Shown here: positions 59,329 through 64,000 of the stretch, in pieces
Position numbering within the stretch: position 1 is the first letter of the stretch
Layout: the number at the start of each line of letters is the position of its first letter
NCBI GenBank assembly: GCA_038245295.1
Contig: JBBRSP010000009.1
Location: 128,001 to 192,000, forward strand
DNA from: Candidatus Binatia bacterium
Lineage (GTDB): Bacteria > Desulfobacterota > Binatia > HRBIN30
Direction: 5' to 3'
Length of the DNA: 64,000 nucleotides
The notes under the pieces: generated by a model
The model's database searches: none
The model's input: only the letters and a program-made list of their open reading frames with translations
Told to the model about the DNA's origin: nothing
Made by a program: the position numbers and the translations under genes

Positions 59329-60394
59329 TCGACCGCTCCTGCAACGCCTGCTCTTGGTCGCAGGAGCCCTGGTAATTTCCCTCGGCGGCCTCGAGGTCGG
59401 TCTGCGCGTGTTCTCGGCGCTGGCGTTCTCGAAGATGATGGTGTTGGATGACACGTTGGGTTGGAAGCATGTCGCCAACGGCACCAAGACGTTCCACGAT
59501 CCACTGGGCGAGTCAGTCCGTATGAGCGTCGATAAGGACGGTCTGCGTGGGCCGCCGCGCGCCGAAACCAAACCGCCGGGAGTGTATCGCATTCTCGCCC
59601 TCGGCGATTCGTTTGCCGAAGGTGCACAGGTCAACAACGACGAACTATTCAGTGCCCGCCTCGAGAATAGTCTACGCCAAACCGAAGTGCTGAATGCCGG
59701 TATTGGTGCCTACTCCACCGTGCAGGAATATCTCTACCTGCAACAACAGGGATTGCGCCTGCAACCCGACCTCGTCCTGCTGTTGTTTTTCGACGACAAC
59801 GATCTCCCCGAGAACACCATGCCCTACTATGCCGGTTTCGGGCCGCGTCCATACGCAAAGATTGTCGACGGTGCGGTCCAACTCGTGCTCAACCCCGATC
59901 CGACGGACTACTTGAAGTACACTCTCCCAGCTCCGTTCCGTCTCGAGCTCAATCGCCACAGCTACCTCTATTACTTTTTGAATCGGCAGATCTATCAGCG
60001 CTGGCGCGCCACGGAGATGCAGCAGTGGGAACAAGACGACGCTCACAAGGTGAATGGGTCCGATCAGTTCCGCATTCTGTTCTGGTTGGTGGACGACATG
60101 CAGAAGCGTCTCGCGGAGCGTGGGATCGATTTCGTTCTAGTCCTCGTGCCGGCCAGTCAGGAGGCGGCCTCCGGACGATCCGCCACCATCGATCGCGTTG
60201 AATCATTTTGCCAGCAGACCGGTATGCGTTGCTTGTCCCTGCTCGAACGTTTCCACCACGAGCCTGACGCCGGGCGGGCACTCTATTTCCTCAACGACAT
60301 CCACTGGACCAAAGAGGGCCATCGTGTCGCCGCCGACGAGATCCGCCGTTACCTCGCTTCCCATATTCCCCCGCTGGCCGAGGCTGAGCACTGA
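59321..60394 (+). CDS. Membrane-anchored SGNH/GDSL hydrolase
   Basis: LGDSFAEG, LNAG..AYST.QE, DND, DIHWT..GH. Confidence 0.88.
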   Translation: MGSRPLLQRLLLVAGALVISLGGLEVGLRVFSALAFSKMMVLDDTLGWKHVANGTKTFHDPLGESVRMSVDKDGLRGPPRAETKPPGVYRILALGDSFAEGAQVNNDELFSARLENSLRQTEVLNAGIGAYSTVQEYLYLQQQGLRLQPDLVLLLFFDDNDLPENTMPYYAGFGPRPYAKIVDGAVQLVLNPDPTDYLKYTLPAPFRLELNRHSYLYYFLNRQIYQRWRATEMQQWEQDDAHKVNGSDQFRILFWLVDDMQKRLAERGIDFVLVLVPASQEAASGRSATIDRVESFCQQTGMRCLSLLERFHHEPDAGRALYFLNDIHWTKEGHRVAADEIRRYLASHIPPLAEAEH

Positions 60395-60425
60395 TGCGCC
60401 GCCGGCATTCACACGGGTGTCGCGC

Positions 60426-61448
60426 GTGATCGCCTATCGCCCCTATGTGGGAGCCGACCACGATGCAGTGCTGGCGCTGCTGACCGAAGGTATGCCGGCG
60501 GCCCATGCGGCTGCGAAGCGCGCCATGTTCCATTGGCAGTTCTTCGAAAATCCTCACGCCGACGGGCATAGCCCCTTCCTCGTGGCGGTTGCCGACGACG
60601 CCATTGTCGGGATCAACGCGATGATGCCGGTCCGCATCGTCTACCACGGGCGTCGGCGTATGGCCGGATGGTCGTGCGATAGCCGGGTCGACGATCGCTT
60701 CCGCGGCCGCGGCATCGTGCCGGAGCTGGTGCGTCGGTTGCAAAGCGACATCGGCATTCTGATGGGCTACGGCATTACCGACTCCATGATGCGGGCGCTC
60801 GACAAGGTTCCATGGGAAACCAGCCCCGATCTCACCGGGTTTTTCTTCTACGCCAACGAGCGCGGCGCGAAAGGTTTGATGAAGAACCTTCACAGTCGTA
60901 TCTCGCGCCGCATGCGCCAAGCGGCGCGACGCGACGACATACGGATAAGCGTCAACCAGGACGTCGACTTCGGCAACGATGTTGATGATCTTTGGACGCG
61001 TAGCGCGCCGACCTACGTCAGCGCCGTCGAGCGCGACGCCGCCTACCTGAACTGGAAGTACCGGCGACATCCATTGCTGTCCTATTGTTGGTACGCCGCC
61101 CTCCGCGACGGGCAGCTCAGCGGAGTGCTCGTGGCACGCCCGGACGCCTCGACGTCGGTGATTGCCGACTATTGCGGGCCGCGCGGCGACGCCGTGCTTC
61201 TGAACCAGCTGCTGCACACCGCCGTCGACGATTTATCCGCCCGCGGCACGGCACGGATCCGCTGCGAAACGACCGACCCGGACGTAGCCTCGGCGCTGCA
61301 ACAGAACGGCTTCCGACAATCTGTCGGCGTCTATCGCTTTCGCTGCGGCTGCAGTGACGGCTCAAGCCCGCACCCCTTGCGCGGCTTCTTCCTGATGACC
61401 GGCGACAGCGACAACGACCTGACCGCCGTGCTGCGTGCCGCGGACTAG
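60426..61448 (+). CDS. GNAT-family acyltransferase (tandem GNAT fold)
   Basis: W.F..NP, D.RVD..FRGRGI acetyl-CoA motif, R...YLNWKY..HP, GDSD tail; the start position is uncertain. Confidence 0.78.
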   Translation: MIAYRPYVGADHDAVLALLTEGMPAAHAAAKRAMFHWQFFENPHADGHSPFLVAVADDAIVGINAMMPVRIVYHGRRRMAGWSCDSRVDDRFRGRGIVPELVRRLQSDIGILMGYGITDSMMRALDKVPWETSPDLTGFFFYANERGAKGLMKNLHSRISRRMRQAARRDDIRISVNQDVDFGNDVDDLWTRSAPTYVSAVERDAAYLNWKYRRHPLLSYCWYAALRDGQLSGVLVARPDASTSVIADYCGPRGDAVLLNQLLHTAVDDLSARGTARIRCETTDPDVASALQQNGFRQSVGVYRFRCGCSDGSSPHPLRGFFLMTGDSDNDLTAVLRAAD

Positions 61449-62803
61449 TCCGCCGAAGGCGAATCCTCGTAACCGCGCAGGTAGAGCGCAACCGGCGGGC
61501 CGTATCCGCAGCGTGCGATCACTTTCTCCATCGCCGCATTGGTCTTGTAGGTGTCGAGGTAGGTGACGGGGTGCCCACGCTGAAGCAGGGCGTTGATCGC
61601 CGACGACAGGGCCAACGTCGCCAGGCCGCGGCCGCGGTATTCAGGATGCGTCCACGCCGGCCCGATGACCGCGTCTTCCGGCTCGACACGGTAGTACGCA
61701 CACCGACCGTAGGTGATCCAGCCGTCACCGACGATGCGCTCGTCGGCGATCACGCAGTAGTAGGCACGCCGCGGTGTGAGCAATTTGGCGGCGACCTTGA
61801 TCAGCTGCGGCCATGAAAAGTGACGCCGCGCCGCGTCTCCGATGGCAAGCAGCGCACCCACCGTCGGGACATCATGATAGACCGCCCCGGGCACGCGCCG
61901 AAGCGCCAGCGGCACGACGCGGCGCTGCCGGTATACCTTCTGAAACGTCAGGTTGGCGGGAATCTCGAGCGTGACCTGCAACGGCTCCGAATCGTTTGAG
62001 GGCAACGCGGCTGAACCACGATCTTCCATCATTTCACCCAAAACCCAGTCAACTCGGTATGGTACGAATGCCATCTTCTTCTTGAACCGCCGCATCGTCG
62101 GCGACGCGCCGAAGAAGTTACCGTAACGGTAGTACCTGACTTGCGGATGATTGCGGTACATCGACTCTGCGATATCAATGATGAGCATCGGCACGATGCC
62201 GTCTGATTGGTGCGCCGCGTGGCCGAGAATGTGGCTGATGCTGCAAATCTCGCCGGCGACCAGGCAGCCGGCATACGCAACCAGCTTGTCGTCACGCAGA
62301 ATTCCGAACCACGGATAGTCGTGTGTCGGGTTCCGCGTCGGCGGATCGGTGCACAACCCTATCCCGTTGCGCAATAATTCCTCGGGAAGCTTGCCTTGGC
62401 GAACATCGGCCGATCGGCAGATCTCGCGAATGCTGTCCTGGTGCGCGTTGATATCGATGCGCTCGCAGCGATACCCAAGGCGGATCGCCTTCCTGTAGTT
62501 GCGCCGCGCCGACGCTTCGATCAGCTCGAAATACTCGCCGAAGGTCAGCGGCAGCGGGCATACGCTGACCCCATGGCGCTCGCGCCGCACGAGCGGTAGC
62601 CGCGGGTGGAAGCGCCGTGATTCCTCGTAGAATTCACGTACGACGCCAGCGAAAAACGGATCGTTGTCGGCCGTCGCGGCATAGTTGAGGTTGATGCGAA
62701 CATGCGGCAGTCCGAGTAGGAGCCAGAGGTCCTGCAGAACAGGATGTTCGCTGAGCCGACGGCTCTGCCGTTGATCAATCGGGTCGGGTGGTGGTGGGTG
62801 CAT
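61445..62803 (-). CDS. Two-domain GNAT protein (FemAB-like N-terminal + GNAT C-terminal)
   Basis: ARRNYRKA.R.GY, RRFKKKM.F in the N-domain; WTHPEYRGRGLAT, N.AM in the C-domain; the start position is uncertain (62803-62944). Confidence 0.7.
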   Translation of the reverse strand: MHPPPPDPIDQRQSRRLSEHPVLQDLWLLLGLPHVRINLNYAATADNDPFFAGVVREFYEESRRFHPRLPLVRRERHGVSVCPLPLTFGEYFELIEASARRNYRKAIRLGYRCERIDINAHQDSIREICRSADVRQGKLPEELLRNGIGLCTDPPTRNPTHDYPWFGILRDDKLVAYAGCLVAGEICSISHILGHAAHQSDGIVPMLIIDIAESMYRNHPQVRYYRYGNFFGASPTMRRFKKKMAFVPYRVDWVLGEMMEDRGSAALPSNDSEPLQVTLEIPANLTFQKVYRQRRVVPLALRRVPGAVYHDVPTVGALLAIGDAARRHFSWPQLIKVAAKLLTPRRAYYCVIADERIVGDGWITYGRCAYYRVEPEDAVIGPAWTHPEYRGRGLATLALSSAINALLQRGHPVTYLDTYKTNAAMEKVIARCGYGPPVALYLRGYEDSPSAD

Positions 62804-62977
62804 AACAGCGAGAGCCCATCTGGGCTGCTGCATGCCATAAATGAATGCGACCTCACAGGAGTCAAGCGGTCGATCGCTGTGATGCTTGCCTCGCCGCGCG
62901 AAGTATGACCGAATCCGCCCGCCATCGCCCCGCCGATGAGCCACGGAGCATTGTGCTTATGGACGCAACGCCACGGT

Positions 62978-64000
62978 ATGCCTGAGCGAGATCGCGTCAT
63001 CTCGACGCCACCGAAGATATCCGTGGCAACGTCGGAATCGAGTCGGTTGTTGACGGTCATGAGGCCCGTTGCCGACACGATTCTGCTGACGACACTCGTC
63101 TTCTTCGCCCTGCAGGTCGTCTTTGCGTTCCAATTGCACCGTCCGGCAATCTTCACGATCACCTTTGCGGGAGTCGCCGTTGGCGCGGCGGCGATGCGCT
63201 TTCTTGGACCACCCGTGGGACGTATCAATGCGGCCTTGCTCCTTACCCCGCTGCTGATCGGCATCAGCCTCTTTGAGATCTATTTCGCGGTCATGCACCC
63301 ACGCGACGGCACGGCAGCCTGGCTGGCGGGACGACCCTTCGACAGCCGAACTCTCATGGAGTGTCTTAAGGAGGAGCGCCGCCAGGACCCGTCGGTAGTT
63401 TCCTACCTCATCCCGCGAGCTCTGCTGACGCACCATCTCTTGCTCGAACCGTGGGAGCCGGAAGCCCTGGCCCACACGGTGCGCCCCGACTGGGGGGTTA
63501 CGGTCGATGGCGTTCGCACTCTGCCACTAAGCGGCGTCGCGAACCGACGTACGGTATTCAGCAACGAAAGTGGCCAGCGGATCTACTACGAAAGCGACGA
63601 ACACGGGTTCAACAACCCACATAGTATCTGGGGCGCCGGTGACTTGCAGATCGCCATCCTTGGGGATTCATACTCGCACGGCGCCGGTGTGGCGCCGCAA
63701 GACATCACCGCCGCGCACATCCGCGAACGCTTCCCAAGGACTCTAACACTCGGCATGGCGGCGAACGGGCCGCTGATGGAGTACGCCAGCCTCAAAGAAT
63801 ACGTCGTGGATTTGAAGCCACACATCGTTCTCTGGGCGTACTATATGAACGACCTCTCCGATTTGGATGTCGAGAAGCAATCGCCGCTGCTGCGGCGGTA
63901 TGTCGACGACGATGATTTCCGTCAGGGCCTGGCCGCGAAGCAGCCGAAGGTTGATGAAGTCCTGACGGCCTACCTGGAAGATGTCGAACGCCAAGCCCCG
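62978..64000 (+). CDS. Membrane-anchored SGNH/GDSL hydrolase, 3' end beyond window
   Basis: Not in ORF track (no stop in window). Manual translation: MPERDRV..., TM helices, SDEHGFNNP, ILGDSYSHG, NGPL.EYA.LKEY, YMND. Confidence 0.82.
   Translation, partial: MPERDRVISTPPKISVATSESSRLLTVMRPVADTILLTTLVFFALQVVFAFQLHRPAIFTITFAGVAVGAAAMRFLGPPVGRINAALLLTPLLIGISLFEIYFAVMHPRDGTAAWLAGRPFDSRTLMECLKEERRQDPSVVSYLIPRALLTHHLLLEPWEPEALAHTVRPDWGVTVDGVRTLPLSGVANRRTVFSNESGQRIYYESDEHGFNNPHSIWGAGDLQIAILGDSYSHGAGVAPQDITAAHIRERFPRTLTLGMAANGPLMEYASLKEYVVDLKPHIVLWAYYMNDLSDLDVEKQSPLLRRYVDDDDFRQGLAAKQPKVDEVLTAYLEDVERQAP

Overview
GC-rich bacterial chromosomal window. The gene order and Cys-rich secreted proteins suggest a deltaproteobacteria-like lineage such as Binatia/Myxococcota relatives, which is inference only. 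Left to right: a partial folE missed by the ORF track; a broken secreted protein gene; a cytochrome c lipoprotein; a Baeyer-Villiger monooxygenase; a RAYT transposase remnant; a small glycosyltransferase cluster; and ribH2. Next is a conserved, typically origin-proximal minus-strand block, mnmE-mnmG-rsmG-(2 x parS)-parA-parB-bactofilin-atpF'FHAGDC. It is followed by ada/alkA-ogt, several hydrolases, a Tat-exported SOD, a PAS histidine kinase, an MFS transporter, an aminotransferase-Mur-ligase-domain fusion, and an aconitase with a divergent LysR regulator. A large Wzx/Wzy-type exopolysaccharide locus with SGNH and GNAT tailoring genes runs off the right end. Intergenic DNA holds several palindromic repeat families: GTAG-REPs, a ~150-bp MITE-like carrier, and RPE/RIME-like elements, one of them translated in-frame inside alkA. 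The most unusual unexplained structure is an AT-rich non-coding locus at ~36.75-37.13 kb. It has a 12-bp motif repeated at 82-83 bp spacing, one inverted copy, and a TAA-N6-TTA recombination-core-like site. No rRNA, tRNA, cas gene or true CRISPR array was recognised.
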